A DNA stretch of 64,000 nt from Hyphomicrobium sp. (GCA_965222835.1 CBDCUQ010000001.1:195925-259924), one strand, 5' to 3'. Shown: positions 19,293 through 29,196, counted from the stretch's first letter. Notes: generated by a model from the letters alone, not told the origin. Numbers and translations are program-made.

Positions 19293-20555
19293 CTACGCCG
19301 CGTCGAGACCAAATAGTGTATGCAGCGCCCGAACTGCAAGCTCAGCATACGCTGCATCGATTAAAACACTGATTTTGATCTCAGACGTTGTAATCGCAAG
19401 AATGTTGATGCCTTTTTCGCTGAGCGCCTTGAACATTTGCGCTGCAACACCGGCATGGCTCCGCATACCGATCCCAATCACCGATATTTTGGCAACATCT
19501 GCTGAACTGCTAAGATCGAAATAGCCGATATCCTTTTTGGCCTTTTTGATGACCTCCAGAGCCCGCGGCAGCTCTGAGGCCTGTACGGTAAACGTCATAT
19601 TGGCGTGCTTGCCATCGTTCGAAACGTTTTGCACGATCATGTCGACGTTAATCGAGGCATCCGCAAGCGGGCCAAAGATCCGCGCGGCAACGCCGGGCTT
19701 ATCCGCCACCTTGTGAATGGTGATCTTCGCCTCGTCCTTAGCGTAGGCGATACCGCTGACGACCTGCTGTTCCACGATCTCATCCTCGTCGCAAACAATC
19801 GTTCCGTTCTCTTCAAGATGATCGAGACGCACCGGCGCCATGTCCTCTGGTGCTGCAAAACTCGACAGGACACGCGTTCTGATGCGATGCACCATCGCCA
19901 GTTCGACCGAACGCGTTTGCAGGATTTTGGATCCTGCAGACGCCATCTCCAGCATTTCCTCGTAGGAAACGCGAGATAGACGCTTGGCTTTGTGTACGAT
20001 GCGCGGATCGGTCGTATAAACACCGTCAACATCAGTATAGATGTCACAAACATCAGCGTTCAAGGCCACCGCAATCGCCACCGCGCTCGTATCCGAGCCT
20101 CCCCGCCCAAGCGTTGCGATCCGATTGCTACGCGGCTCGATGCCCTGAAAACCCGTGACGACGGCCACTTCGCCCGACTCGATGGAGGCCCTCAAAGCGT
20201 CGCCGGACACATCGAGAATGCGTGCTGAACCGTGGGCCGCACTCGTCTCGAGCGGGATTTGCCAACCCTGCCAAGAGCGCGCCTTGACCCCCATCGCCTG
20301 CAATGCGATCGCCAAGAGCCCTGCCGAAACCTGTTCGCCCGAAGCCACAACCGCATCATACTCACGTTTGTCGTGGAGCTCCGAAGCATCATTGACCCAG
20401 GCGACCAGTTGATTGGTCGCGCCTGCCATGGCCGATACGACAACAGCAACCTTGTTGCCGGCATCCGCCTCGCGTTTCACGTGACGCGCGACATTCCGTA
20501 TGTGATCAAGATCTGCGACGGAGGTTCCGCCGAATTTCATCACGACAACAGCCAT
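19293..20555 (-). CDS. lysC: Aspartate kinase
   Basis: 'MAVVVMKFGGTSV' N-terminus and C-terminal ACT domains. The start was moved to this Met; the upstream 49 codons of the ORF look non-coding. Confidence 0.95.
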   Translation of the reverse strand: MAVVVMKFGGTSVADLDHIRNVARHVKREADAGNKVAVVVSAMAGATNQLVAWVNDASELHDKREYDAVVASGEQVSAGLLAIALQAMGVKARSWQGWQIPLETSAAHGSARILDVSGDALRASIESGEVAVVTGFQGIEPRSNRIATLGRGGSDTSAVAIAVALNADVCDIYTDVDGVYTTDPRIVHKAKRLSRVSYEEMLEMASAGSKILQTRSVELAMVHRIRTRVLSSFAAPEDMAPVRLDHLEENGTIVCDEDEIVEQQVVSGIAYAKDEAKITIHKVADKPGVAARIFGPLADASINVDMIVQNVSNDGKHANMTFTVQASELPRALEVIKKAKKDIGYFDLSSSADVAKISVIGIGMRSHAGVAAQMFKALSEKGINILAITTSEIKISVLIDAAYAELAVRALHTLFGLDAA

Positions 20556-20839
20556 CGCGTCTCTCGCTGGGGCGCACTTTGTCCGAAAAAGCGATCCGAG
20601 GGCCGCTGCAGCAATCCAACCCAGACCTCCACGACAACGACACTCAAGATCCAGACCACCGAGCCAACCGTATGAGAGGCTGGTCAGGTCCAAGACCCGC
20701 ATGTATCGCGCTGGAGACTTAAATCAGACGCTTCAACGCCCTATAGGCCTGATGGCGCTCTCATAACGGGAACACTCCATAACCGCAACAGTGCAGTGCC
20801 CAATTGACAAAAGAACCCCTGACAGGTCCCTATGATGCA

Positions 20840-21589
20840 ATGACCAACACGGCGCAAACACTGGACGACGAGGAAGTCGCGCGATTCGAGCGAATGGCGA
20901 CCGAATGGTGGGACCCAAAGGGTAAATTCCGCCCCCTCCACCAGATTGGTCCCGCTCGTTTGACGTTCATCCGGGACCAGGCGCTGGCCCATTTCAACCG
21001 GCCCGCTGGGGGACTGAGGCCACTCGAAGGCCTGTCGATTCTCGATATCGGGTGCGGCGGCGGCCTTGTCTCAGAACCCCTCGCCCGCATGGGAGCCACC
21101 GTCACCGGACTGGATCCCGGCGAGAAGAATATCCGAATTGCGAAGTCCCACGCTGAGCCCCAGGGGCTCGAAATCAACTACCGGGTCGGCACTGCGGAGG
21201 ACCTGGCAAACGACGGTCATGACTTCAACGTCGTGGCCTGCCTCGAAGTCGTCGAGCATGTACCGGACCCTGCCGCGTTTGTCGCCACATGCGCAGAACT
21301 TGTGCGCCCTGGCGGCTTGATGATCGCCTCTACAATCAATCGCAATCTGAAGTCCTACGCTCTCGCAATCGTTGCCGCGGAACACATTCTCGGATGGTTG
21401 CCGCGTGGCACCCACCAATGGGATCGCTTCATCACGCCTGATGAACTTGCAGACCACATGACAGAAGCCGGCCTCACCAGACCGTGCTTCATGGGCTACG
21501 TCTATCATCCGCTGGCCGACGAATGGCGGCTCTCTTCGGATACGGATGTCAACTATCTTGCGGCCGCAGCCAAGCCGAAGACAGCGTAG
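20840..21589 (+). CDS. ubiG: Ubiquinone biosynthesis O-methyltransferase UbiG
   Basis: 'WWDPKGKFRPLHQIGPARLTFIRD' and 'ILDIGCGGGLVSEPLAR'. Confidence 0.9.
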   Translation: MTNTAQTLDDEEVARFERMATEWWDPKGKFRPLHQIGPARLTFIRDQALAHFNRPAGGLRPLEGLSILDIGCGGGLVSEPLARMGATVTGLDPGEKNIRIAKSHAEPQGLEINYRVGTAEDLANDGHDFNVVACLEVVEHVPDPAAFVATCAELVRPGGLMIASTINRNLKSYALAIVAAEHILGWLPRGTHQWDRFITPDELADHMTEAGLTRPCFMGYVYHPLADEWRLSSDTDVNYLAAAAKPKTA

Positions 21590-21607
21590 AGTTTTGAGGT
21601 TTTGGTC

Positions 21608-21706
21608 GAACCACCCGCTCCCCCACCTGGCCACCCAAAACGATGATGGATTGGGTGGCCGGGTGGGGGACCGGGCCGGCCAGGCGCGTCAACGTAAGTT
21701 GAACAT
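21608..21706. repeat. 99-bp structured intergenic repeat, copy A
   Basis: About 90% or more identical by eye to 25830-25928. It contains the long inverted repeat ccacccgctccccca...tgggggaNcgggc, with inner ggccaccc...gggtggcc. Confidence 0.85.
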
Positions 21707-21719
21707 GCGCTTCCCCGCG

Positions 21720-22271
21720 TCACGACTCCTTGGAGATCACCTGACGGAGCGGCGGATCGAGCGTGAGCGACAGCCTGAGCGCGGACGCCCGGGCAAAACG
21801 TAAGGTCATCGACTTTCGTCGCGCCGGCGCAAGCCGGTGCTCGGGCGCGTCGCGAACAACTTCACCACCGAATCTGTCCGTCAGCACCAGCCCAGTCTCC
21901 TCAGGCAGGATGTCGACAGGAAAGTCCGGCTTCACCGCAAAAAACAGACGGTCGCAAAAATCTTTATACTCTGGCCACTTCTGATCGGAGCGGAAGTCTT
22001 CGACGCTGGATTTGATCTCAAGAATCCAAATTTCGCCTTTTGGAGAAAGGACAACCAGATCTGCCCGCCGCCCATTTGGCAACGGTAACTCGGCAACAGA
22101 CGCCATCCCCAGCCGCGCCATAAGCCGCACGGCCCCCCGCCCGATCTCAGCTGCCGCAGGCGACTGCCTGCCGTCCGCAAACTGGGAAAGCGCCAGATCG
22201 TCCCCTTTTTCCTCGGTCGTCGTCATGGAACTGCCATCACCGGATGGAACGAGCATATCTGCGGATTGCAA
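21720..22271 (-). CDS. MmcB-family PD-(D/E)XK nuclease-like DNA repair protein
   Basis: 'RRADLVVLSPKGEIWILEIKSSVEDFRSDQKWPEYKDFCDRLFFAV' (D...E-x-K core). The family name is from memory and the start is uncertain. Confidence 0.65.
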   Translation of the reverse strand: MQSADMLVPSGDGSSMTTTEEKGDDLALSQFADGRQSPAAAEIGRGAVRLMARLGMASVAELPLPNGRRADLVVLSPKGEIWILEIKSSVEDFRSDQKWPEYKDFCDRLFFAVKPDFPVDILPEETGLVLTDRFGGEVVRDAPEHRLAPARRKSMTLRFARASALRLSLTLDPPLRQVISKES

Positions 22272-22424
22272 GCGACCCCATTGGGTGTAGGGATGGGGTC
22301 GGAATGGGGAACTCCTGTAGCGTCACCAATCTGAGTGTCCCCTGATCCGGCCATCGCGGCTCAAGGAGCGAAGGCCGTTCGCAATCTCCAAGCCGACGCG
22401 GAAACAATTGAGACCACACGCCCT

Positions 22425-24947
22425 ATGTTCTTCAAACGCACCAACAAAAACAAGCCTGACGAACTGTCCGAAAAACAAAGCGTTAAGTCGGCACATCCCA
22501 TGGAACCCGCGCGTGCAGCACCAGCTCCCCTGGAGGCTTCCGCCCTGCGGCGCACTGCCGATCCCAAAAAACTTGGCTTCAAGTCTACCGAAGAACTCGA
22601 ACCGTCGGCCGGATTGATCGGACAGGATCGCGCCCTCGGCGCGATCGATTTTGGAGCAAACATTGAAGCACATGATTTCAATATCTTCGTACTCGGCCCC
22701 CCCGCTTCCGGCAAGAGCACCGCGGTCCGCACTTTTCTCGAAACGTTAGCCGCCGAAGCTCCACCACCGCCGGACTGGGTCTACGTCAACAACTTCGAGG
22801 ATGCGAACAAGCCCAGAGCCCTGGAGCTTCCTGCAGGCCGGGCACGACCCTTTGCAAAGGCCGTTGTCGGTGCGCTCGACGAATTACGTGCGACGTTGCC
22901 GCAAAACTTCGAAGGCGAAGACTATCAGGCGCGTCGCCGCGCCATAGATGAGGAATTTCGCTTGGGGCAAGAGAACGCGCTCGAAACTCTGAACAAGAAA
23001 GCCAACAGCCAAAACATTGCACTTCTGCGCACACCTATGGGCTTCACCATGGCCCCGATGCACGAAGGAAAGGTGGTGAAGCCGGACGTCTTCAACCAGC
23101 TTCCCAAAAAAATGCGCGAAGAGGTGCAGCAACGGATCGAGGATCTCCAAAAAGAGCTGGAAAAAATCCTGTCAGAAGCGCCGAAAGCGGACAAGAAGCG
23201 GCGCACCCGCATCGCTGCATTGAACGAGGAAGTGTCCCGCTACGTCGTCGCCTATGCTTTGGCCGACGTGAAGAAAGAATTTGACGATATCCCTGCTGTT
23301 CTCGATTATCTGGCGGCCGCCGAAGCCGATCTGGTGCGGAACACGGCGTTGTTCCTTACCCCTAGCGGCGACGACAGCGAGATTGTCAAACAGCCTGTCG
23401 ATACGTCCCGCGACCCGCGCTTCCGCCGTTACATGGTGAATGTCGCCGTCGCCAATGGCGAGGAATTGAAAGGCGCACCGATCTACGAGGAGGACAACCC
23501 AAGTTATGGCAACCTGATTGGGCGCGTGGAGCACGTGGCCCAAATGGGCGCGCTGGTCACCGACTTTCTTCTCATAAAGTCCGGCGCATTACACAAAGCG
23601 AACGGCGGTTACCTTTTGATCGACGCGCACAAGCTTCTCTTATCGCCTTTCGCATACGAGGCCTTGAAGCGTGCTGTAAAAGCCAGACAAATCAAGATCG
23701 AACAGCCCGCCGAAACCATGGGGCTCATCTCCACCCAAACGCTCGAGCCCGAGCCAATCCCGCTCAATACCAAAGTCGTCCTCTTCGGGAACCGCGAACT
23801 CTACTATTTACTGACCGCGCACGATCCGGATTTCTCTGGTCTTTTTAAAGTGCAAGCAGACTTCGACGACACCATCAAACGGACCAGCGACAACGATGCC
23901 GCCTATGCGCGCCTGATCGCCTCCGTCGTTGCGAGGCACAGCCTCCGCCACATGGACGCCGCGGGCGTCGCCCGCGTCATCGACGAAGGCGCGCGCAGAG
24001 CCCAAGATCGTGAGAAACTGTCCATCGAGGTCGGCCGCATCGCCGACCTCGTTCGCGAATCTGATTATTGGGCTGGAAAGGCCAAACATCGCCTAATCAC
24101 ACACGAGGACGTGACGCGTGCCGTAGAGGAGCGCGTGCAGCGCGCAGACCGATTACGCGACCGCGCCCAGGAAACGTTTGAACGCGGCATCGTCCTCGTC
24201 GATACGGAGAGCAAGAAGATCGGACAGATCAACGGTCTCTCTCTCCTGCAACTCGGCGAATTCGCATTCGGGCGGCCAAGCCGGATAACCGCCCGTGTGA
24301 GAATGGGCGCAGGACGTGTTACGGATATCGAGCGTGAGGCAAAGCTTGGCGGCCCCTTGCATTCCAAAGGTGTCATGATCCTGTGGGGCTTTCTCGCCGG
24401 CCGTTTCGCCCAGGACGTCCCACTCGCTCTCGCGGCCTCACTTGTATTCGAGCAATCCTACAGCGGTGTCGAGGGTGACAGCGCATCGTCGGCCGAATTG
24501 TACACCTTGCTCTCGGCTCTGTCAGAAGTACCAATCAAACAAGGTCTTGCGGTAACGGGCTCCGTCAACCAATGGGGCGAAGTGCAAGCCATCGGCGGCG
24601 TCAATGAGAAGATTGAAGGCTTCTTCGACATTTGCAGCCAACGCGGGCTGACGGGCAAACAAGGCGTACTCATCCCAAAATCGAACGTCCAGCACCTCAT
24701 GCTGCACGAAGATGTTGTCGAGGCCGTCCGCGAAGGCACATTCTCGATCTATGCCGTTGCGACCATCGACGAGGGATTGGAAATCTTGACCGGCGTAGCA
24801 GCCGGAAGCCGGGACTCGAAAGGCCAATTTCCACCCGGCACCGTGAACCGGCGGGTCGAGGACAAGCTCAAGAACTTTGCCCAGCGCGCCAAATCATTCA
24901 GCGCGGCATCAAGTGTCAACGCGGAGATCGAACGAGAATCAGCATGA
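22425..24947 (+). CDS. Lon-like AAA+ protease (S16 C-terminal domain)
   Basis: Walker A 'VLGPPASGKST' after 'LIGQDRALGAIDFG'. C-terminal Lon protease domain 'GVEGDSASSAELYTLLSAL...GSVNQWGEVQAIGGVNEKIEGFF'. Confidence 0.85.
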   Translation: MFFKRTNKNKPDELSEKQSVKSAHPMEPARAAPAPLEASALRRTADPKKLGFKSTEELEPSAGLIGQDRALGAIDFGANIEAHDFNIFVLGPPASGKSTAVRTFLETLAAEAPPPPDWVYVNNFEDANKPRALELPAGRARPFAKAVVGALDELRATLPQNFEGEDYQARRRAIDEEFRLGQENALETLNKKANSQNIALLRTPMGFTMAPMHEGKVVKPDVFNQLPKKMREEVQQRIEDLQKELEKILSEAPKADKKRRTRIAALNEEVSRYVVAYALADVKKEFDDIPAVLDYLAAAEADLVRNTALFLTPSGDDSEIVKQPVDTSRDPRFRRYMVNVAVANGEELKGAPIYEEDNPSYGNLIGRVEHVAQMGALVTDFLLIKSGALHKANGGYLLIDAHKLLLSPFAYEALKRAVKARQIKIEQPAETMGLISTQTLEPEPIPLNTKVVLFGNRELYYLLTAHDPDFSGLFKVQADFDDTIKRTSDNDAAYARLIASVVARHSLRHMDAAGVARVIDEGARRAQDREKLSIEVGRIADLVRESDYWAGKAKHRLITHEDVTRAVEERVQRADRLRDRAQETFERGIVLVDTESKKIGQINGLSLLQLGEFAFGRPSRITARVRMGAGRVTDIEREAKLGGPLHSKGVMILWGFLAGRFAQDVPLALAASLVFEQSYSGVEGDSASSAELYTLLSALSEVPIKQGLAVTGSVNQWGEVQAIGGVNEKIEGFFDICSQRGLTGKQGVLIPKSNVQHLMLHEDVVEAVREGTFSIYAVATIDEGLEILTGVAAGSRDSKGQFPPGTVNRRVEDKLKNFAQRAKSFSAASSVNAEIERESA

Positions 24948-25810
24948 TTGCACACGTCGCAGAAGCCGGCGAAGGGCGCGGGCGCGTAGTACTCCAACTT
25001 GGCCCCACCGATCGTGTGAGCGAAGCCGCCGTATCGGCCGCGCTCTTCATTGCACGCGCATTCCAATCCGAAATGGAAGCTCTGTTCCTCGAAGATAGCC
25101 AGCTCTACGACATCGCCGGCCTGCCATTCGCGCGTGAGATCTCACTCTCTGGCCGTCGCGTACGCCCGCTTTCGGCAACCGACATCGCCCGTGAAATGCG
25201 CCATGTGTCGTCGGCCGTCGGACGCAAGGTAACGGCCCTCGCGCAAGAGGCAGAGGTCGCCTGCCGTTGCCGCGTTATCCGGGATGAGATTGTGCACGGC
25301 CTTGCCGCGGCCTGCGCGGAAAACGGACCCTGGAATCTGGTCACGCTTGCCGGCCCCCTGATGGGCACGGAGGCGCCGCTCATCGCCAGACTGTTCGAGG
25401 AGGTCCACGGCACGACTGGATTTGTCATCACCGGCCCAAAGACCCAGCGGTGCGACGGTCCCGTGGTTGCGCTGATCGAGGACGCGGAACACGTGCCCCC
25501 CATGCTGCGCGCCGCCGAACGCCTCGCCACACCGGGTCGCCAAAGCATTCATCTTCTGCTTGCGGCGGGAGACGCGGGAACACTCGAGTGGCTCGAAGGC
25601 CAGACGCGACTCATTCTCGGCGACGATACGGGCCCAGAAATCCATACGGCCATGCTTCACGAGCGTGATATCGATGCGGCCGCCGATAAGATTCGAACGC
25701 TCACGGCCGGATTCACAATCGCGCGATGGGGAGGCCGGCTGGCCCCGCGTGAAGGCGACCTCACAGCGCTCGTCGATCTGTTAGAAGGCCCGTTGCTGCT
25801 GGTACGCTAG
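24944..25810 (+). CDS. Hypothetical protein translationally coupled to the Lon-like protease
   Basis: ATGA overlap with the Lon-like stop. 288 aa with no motif I recognise. Two repeated alpha/beta-looking halves, possibly USP-like. Confidence 0.5.
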   Translation: MIAHVAEAGEGRGRVVLQLGPTDRVSEAAVSAALFIARAFQSEMEALFLEDSQLYDIAGLPFAREISLSGRRVRPLSATDIAREMRHVSSAVGRKVTALAQEAEVACRCRVIRDEIVHGLAAACAENGPWNLVTLAGPLMGTEAPLIARLFEEVHGTTGFVITGPKTQRCDGPVVALIEDAEHVPPMLRAAERLATPGRQSIHLLLAAGDAGTLEWLEGQTRLILGDDTGPEIHTAMLHERDIDAAADKIRTLTAGFTIARWGGRLAPREGDLTALVDLLEGPLLLVR

Positions 25811-25829
25811 AGCCGGTTATGTTCAAGCA

Positions 25830-25928
25830 GAACCACCCGCTCCCCCATCCGGCCACCCAAAACGATGATGGATTGGGCGGCCGGGTGGGGGAGCGGGCCG
25901 GCCAGGCGCGTCAACGTAAGTTGAGCAT
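25830..25928. repeat. 99-bp structured intergenic repeat, copy B
   Basis: Matches 21608-21706. Like copy A, it sits between convergent genes. Confidence 0.85.
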
Positions 25929-25931
25929 ATA

Positions 25932-26624
25932 TTAGTTGGAAGTTCGCGCCTCAAAAATCGCAACCGCCCCATGGCGTTCAATGCGGACCCCGGAAAAGCG
26001 CTTTTCGAGTTCGCGTCGAAGCACCTCCGCCGTGTCCTCGGCGTTAGAAAAGATTCCCTTGCGGTTATAGAAATTCATCAAAGCCTGCGCCGCCGGCGAC
26101 CGCGGCGCGTCACCTTGCACGATCGTTGCGCCGAACACGGTTGCCCCTGGCAAAAGGATGGCATTGACGTGATCAAACACCACGGCCTTCTCATCGATTG
26201 AGCCCGGCAAACAATGCAGCAGATAACAAAGGCCGGCTGAATCGAACCGCTCGTCGATGCTGAGCGGTTCAAGAACATTGGCAACTCGGGTGCTTGGCGA
26301 ATACCGCCCGATACGCGTGGCGGCAGCCTTGAGGCTGTGCGGGTTAAGATCGACAAGCAGGATCTTCGGTCGAGCCCCCGGCCACCGAACCTTGTCGAGG
26401 AAATAGCCCGTGCCCACGCCCAGATCGACGTGCTTGTTCGAAACATTCCGCGCATACATGTCTTCGAGCAAATGCGTCGGGCACCGCCACAGAAAGCGAT
26501 TGGAAAAGCCCAGCACCACGGCGTCATACGCCTTGAGAGTCCACGGCGTATAAACCTTTTGTCCGGCCTCGACGCGCTGATCAATGCCCATAGCCGCACT
26601 CCCGCATGCAACACGGTCAGTCAA
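25932..26624 (-). CDS. Class I SAM-dependent methyltransferase
   Basis: Motif I 'VDLGVGTGYFL'. Post-I 'LLVDLN'. Confidence 0.75.
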   Translation of the reverse strand: MTDRVACGSAAMGIDQRVEAGQKVYTPWTLKAYDAVVLGFSNRFLWRCPTHLLEDMYARNVSNKHVDLGVGTGYFLDKVRWPGARPKILLVDLNPHSLKAAATRIGRYSPSTRVANVLEPLSIDERFDSAGLCYLLHCLPGSIDEKAVVFDHVNAILLPGATVFGATIVQGDAPRSPAAQALMNFYNRKGIFSNAEDTAEVLRRELEKRFSGVRIERHGAVAIFEARTSN

Positions 26625-26690
26625 ACAAAGGACCTAGTGCCAATCGGGAGAAGACGCAATCCTGAGAGAAGAAGGCAGGGCCTCAGGCGG

Positions 26691-27170
26691 TTAGGGTGCC
26701 AGACGATAGCTCGCGTGACAGCTAATGCAGTTCCCCATGATGTCACGCAACGCCGTCAGAACTTCGGAGCGCGATCCCCCCTTTGCTGCGAGCTCGGCAA
26801 GCTTATCGAACTTGTCATGCGTATCGAAGCTCATCGATGCGAACGGAACCGGCAATTTGAGGCCCGTGAAGGGATTGACGCCGTGTAACAACTTGGCACC
26901 TGACTTCGGGGCGATAGAGGAGACACGCTCTGTGTCGTTCTCCGCGATGGCGGTAACAATCCCTTGTATTGTCTCAAGATACGTCCGCATGCCGGCCAGA
27001 AGCTCTTCAGTCTCCTTTGGCGAAAGCGAAACGGCCTCCCGCGGATCGCCCGCGGCCTGGGGCGGCGGCTGGGCAAATGCGACACCACCGGAAGCGAGAG
27101 AGGTGGCGATGAGCACAGCGAGCAGATTTCCAGCTCTGAGAACATATCTTGTTCGCGTCACGTGCAGCAT
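26691..27170 (-). CDS. Secreted class II cytochrome c-like (cytochrome c'/c556-like) protein
   Basis: Signal peptide 'LLAVLIATSLASGGVAFA'. Helical protein with a single C-terminal haem motif 'CISCH'. The short start (27168-27170) avoids overlap with btaB. Confidence 0.5.
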   Translation of the reverse strand: MLHVTRTRYVLRAGNLLAVLIATSLASGGVAFAQPPPQAAGDPREAVSLSPKETEELLAGMRTYLETIQGIVTAIAENDTERVSSIAPKSGAKLLHGVNPFTGLKLPVPFASMSFDTHDKFDKLAELAAKGGSRSEVLTALRDIMGNCISCHASYRLAP

Positions 27171-27280
27171 CTCCTGTTCAGACAGACGAATCGTTTTTGT
27201 TTCAGGGGACACCGGCGCTTGATACACCGCCTTGATCCACATCACAGGACCGCCAGAGATCGCGAAAAAGTCAGTGCCGT

Positions 27281-27937
27281 CTACGCTCTGCGCAACACCG
27301 CGTACTCCGTATAACCACGATGCAGCCGCCGAAACTCGTACGTCAGCCCGTGTCTGCGAGCCGCCTCTTCGACCACCGCCTCCAGATCTGCACGCGGATA
27401 GACCGTGTAGTGCGCAAGAAAAGCGAAGAGCGCCCGTTTGAATAATACCGGCAGTCCACCGCATTGTCCGAAATCGACAATATGCAGCGACCCGCCCTTG
27501 GCAACCGAAACCGCGCCTCGATCCAGCGCGTCGCGCCAGCCCGGTATCATGGAAAGTGCATAGGAAAAGAACACCCGATCGAAAGAGTGAACGCCAAACG
27601 TTTCATTTGAATCGAAGCGTGTTGCATCTCCCTGACGCAGCACAACCCGGCCCGCCAAGCCGCGCCGCGCAAGCGAACCACGCGCTGTATCGAGCATCGC
27701 ATTTGAGACATCGGTGCCAAAGAACCGCGCATCAGGGTACCGGCGGGCGGCATGGGCGAGATTCCACGCCGTTCCACACCCGATTTCAAGAACCGTCTCG
27801 CCCTCGGCGGGCTGCAACGTCTCGACCAGATGCCGCCTTCCAATCAAGTAATGGGTGCGGGTCGCATCGTAGATATAGCGCTGGTACCGGTAATGCCGGT
27901 CCATACGTTCCGCGTCGCTGGCAAGAACCGTATTCAC
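27281..27937 (-). CDS. btaB: BtaB-like SAM-dependent N-methyltransferase (betaine-lipid DGTS synthesis)
   Basis: 'DRHYRYQRYIYDATRTHYLIGR' and 'VLEIGCGTAWNL'. ATGA overlap with the btaA-like gene. The assignment rests on context plus recollection. Confidence 0.65.
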   Translation of the reverse strand: MNTVLASDAERMDRHYRYQRYIYDATRTHYLIGRRHLVETLQPAEGETVLEIGCGTAWNLAHAARRYPDARFFGTDVSNAMLDTARGSLARRGLAGRVVLRQGDATRFDSNETFGVHSFDRVFFSYALSMIPGWRDALDRGAVSVAKGGSLHIVDFGQCGGLPVLFKRALFAFLAHYTVYPRADLEAVVEEAARRHGLTYEFRRLHRGYTEYAVLRRA

Positions 27938-29196
27938 TGCGTCTCTCCGCCAAATTCATAAAGATGGAATCCACCGTAGATCGCTGAGCGATCACGCCGC
28001 GTCAGATCCGCAGACTGTTCGGCCCGATACTGCCATTGACCGAGCAAGGCATCGGGTATGCGTCCGGGAAGAATCGTCTTCGTTCCTGCCGTGCGGAAGA
28101 TGACGCGAGCACCCGGCCGCGCCGTACGCGTGATCTCCGTCCACAAATCTGAAAGCTCCTGATCATTCATCCAATCCTGAGCGTCGAGGAGAACGTACCG
28201 ATCGAAGCTTTGCGCCGGTTGTGCCGCCAGATGCGTCGTAAACGAAATGTTCCGCAAGTTCAGGCGGTCCAGCCCATCTCGAAGCTTGGTGTAGTTTTGC
28301 TCCTCCAGATAAGGCGGCACGGGTCCCAGGCCCCTGGCCGCGTACCCCCGGTGGAAGGCCTGCCAAGCGAAATAGTTGACCTTGAGATCGTAGTCACATG
28401 CAAGCCGGCGCAAGCGCTCCTCGATCACCTCGTGCATCGGGCGGCCCTCGGAAAGCGCATCGTATTGAGCCGGCGGAATGCCGAGGCCAAACAACGAGGA
28501 CCGCTGATCAAGCATCAGCTTGATCAGCGGTTTTTGAAACAGGGGGGCCAACTCGCGTTCATATATTGCCTTTTGCTCCGCAGGCGTCGTTGCCTCAAGC
28601 ATCCGCCGGGGATTGCGGCCATAGAGGCGCGCCATCAAATGCCCCAAGGCAATGAATTGACCAAGAAGACCATACCGATAAAATCCGCGTGCAAACCGTT
28701 CAATCCGCCGCCGGCCTTTGAGATCGCGCCCGTTCCAGTAATCCACCGTCTCGGGATCGAGGTGAGGCGCGATGTGTGTGTCGAAGGACTTGACGTTCTC
28801 CGGCGAGTTGGCTTCACCGAAAAACCGGAAGAACTCCGGATATCCAGGCAGATACCGCGCAGCTGCAATCTTGAGACGATTGAGCGCGATGTGCGCAGTG
28901 TTGAGATCGAGCGCCGTAATCTCACTTGGACCAGCCGCGAGATAGGAGAGCGCATTGCACCCGCCCGATGCGATGGTGATGATACGGTGATCAGCGCCGA
29001 CCTCCATAGCTTCCAAGTCCACCGCCGGATCTTCCCAGATCTGCGGATAAACCAGACTGGAGAAGGCCAACGTAAACGCGCGTTCGTTGAGCCCTGCCTT
29101 CGAGAACAGCTTGTTCCGGTGCACAGCCGCACCGACAAGCTCACTGCTGCGTCGGCGTGAAACCTCGCCTGTTTCCGCAATATCAAACGGCTTCAT
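27934..29196 (-). CDS. btaA: BtaA-like (DUF3419) S-adenosylmethionine:diacylglycerol 3-amino-3-carboxypropyl transferase
   Basis: 'YPQIWEDPAVDLEAM', 'ITIASGGCNALSYL' and 'YVLLDAQDWM', as I recall for DUF3419/BtaA. ATGA overlap with the upstream glycosyltransferase gene. Confidence 0.7.
   Translation of the reverse strand: MKPFDIAETGEVSRRRSSELVGAAVHRNKLFSKAGLNERAFTLAFSSLVYPQIWEDPAVDLEAMEVGADHRIITIASGGCNALSYLAAGPSEITALDLNTAHIALNRLKIAAARYLPGYPEFFRFFGEANSPENVKSFDTHIAPHLDPETVDYWNGRDLKGRRRIERFARGFYRYGLLGQFIALGHLMARLYGRNPRRMLEATTPAEQKAIYERELAPLFQKPLIKLMLDQRSSLFGLGIPPAQYDALSEGRPMHEVIEERLRRLACDYDLKVNYFAWQAFHRGYAARGLGPVPPYLEEQNYTKLRDGLDRLNLRNISFTTHLAAQPAQSFDRYVLLDAQDWMNDQELSDLWTEITRTARPGARVIFRTAGTKTILPGRIPDALLGQWQYRAEQSADLTRRDRSAIYGGFHLYEFGGETQ

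Noticed and set aside
19293-20702. The 469-aa version of lysC with a 49-residue N-terminal extension.
   Set aside because: Aspartate kinases start at 'M..VVMKFGGTSV'. The extension is Cys/Gly/Leu-rich with no homology character.
26691-27464. The 257-aa version of the cytochrome-like ORF.
   Set aside because: It would overlap btaB by 184 nt. A signal peptide begins right after the internal Met at 27170.
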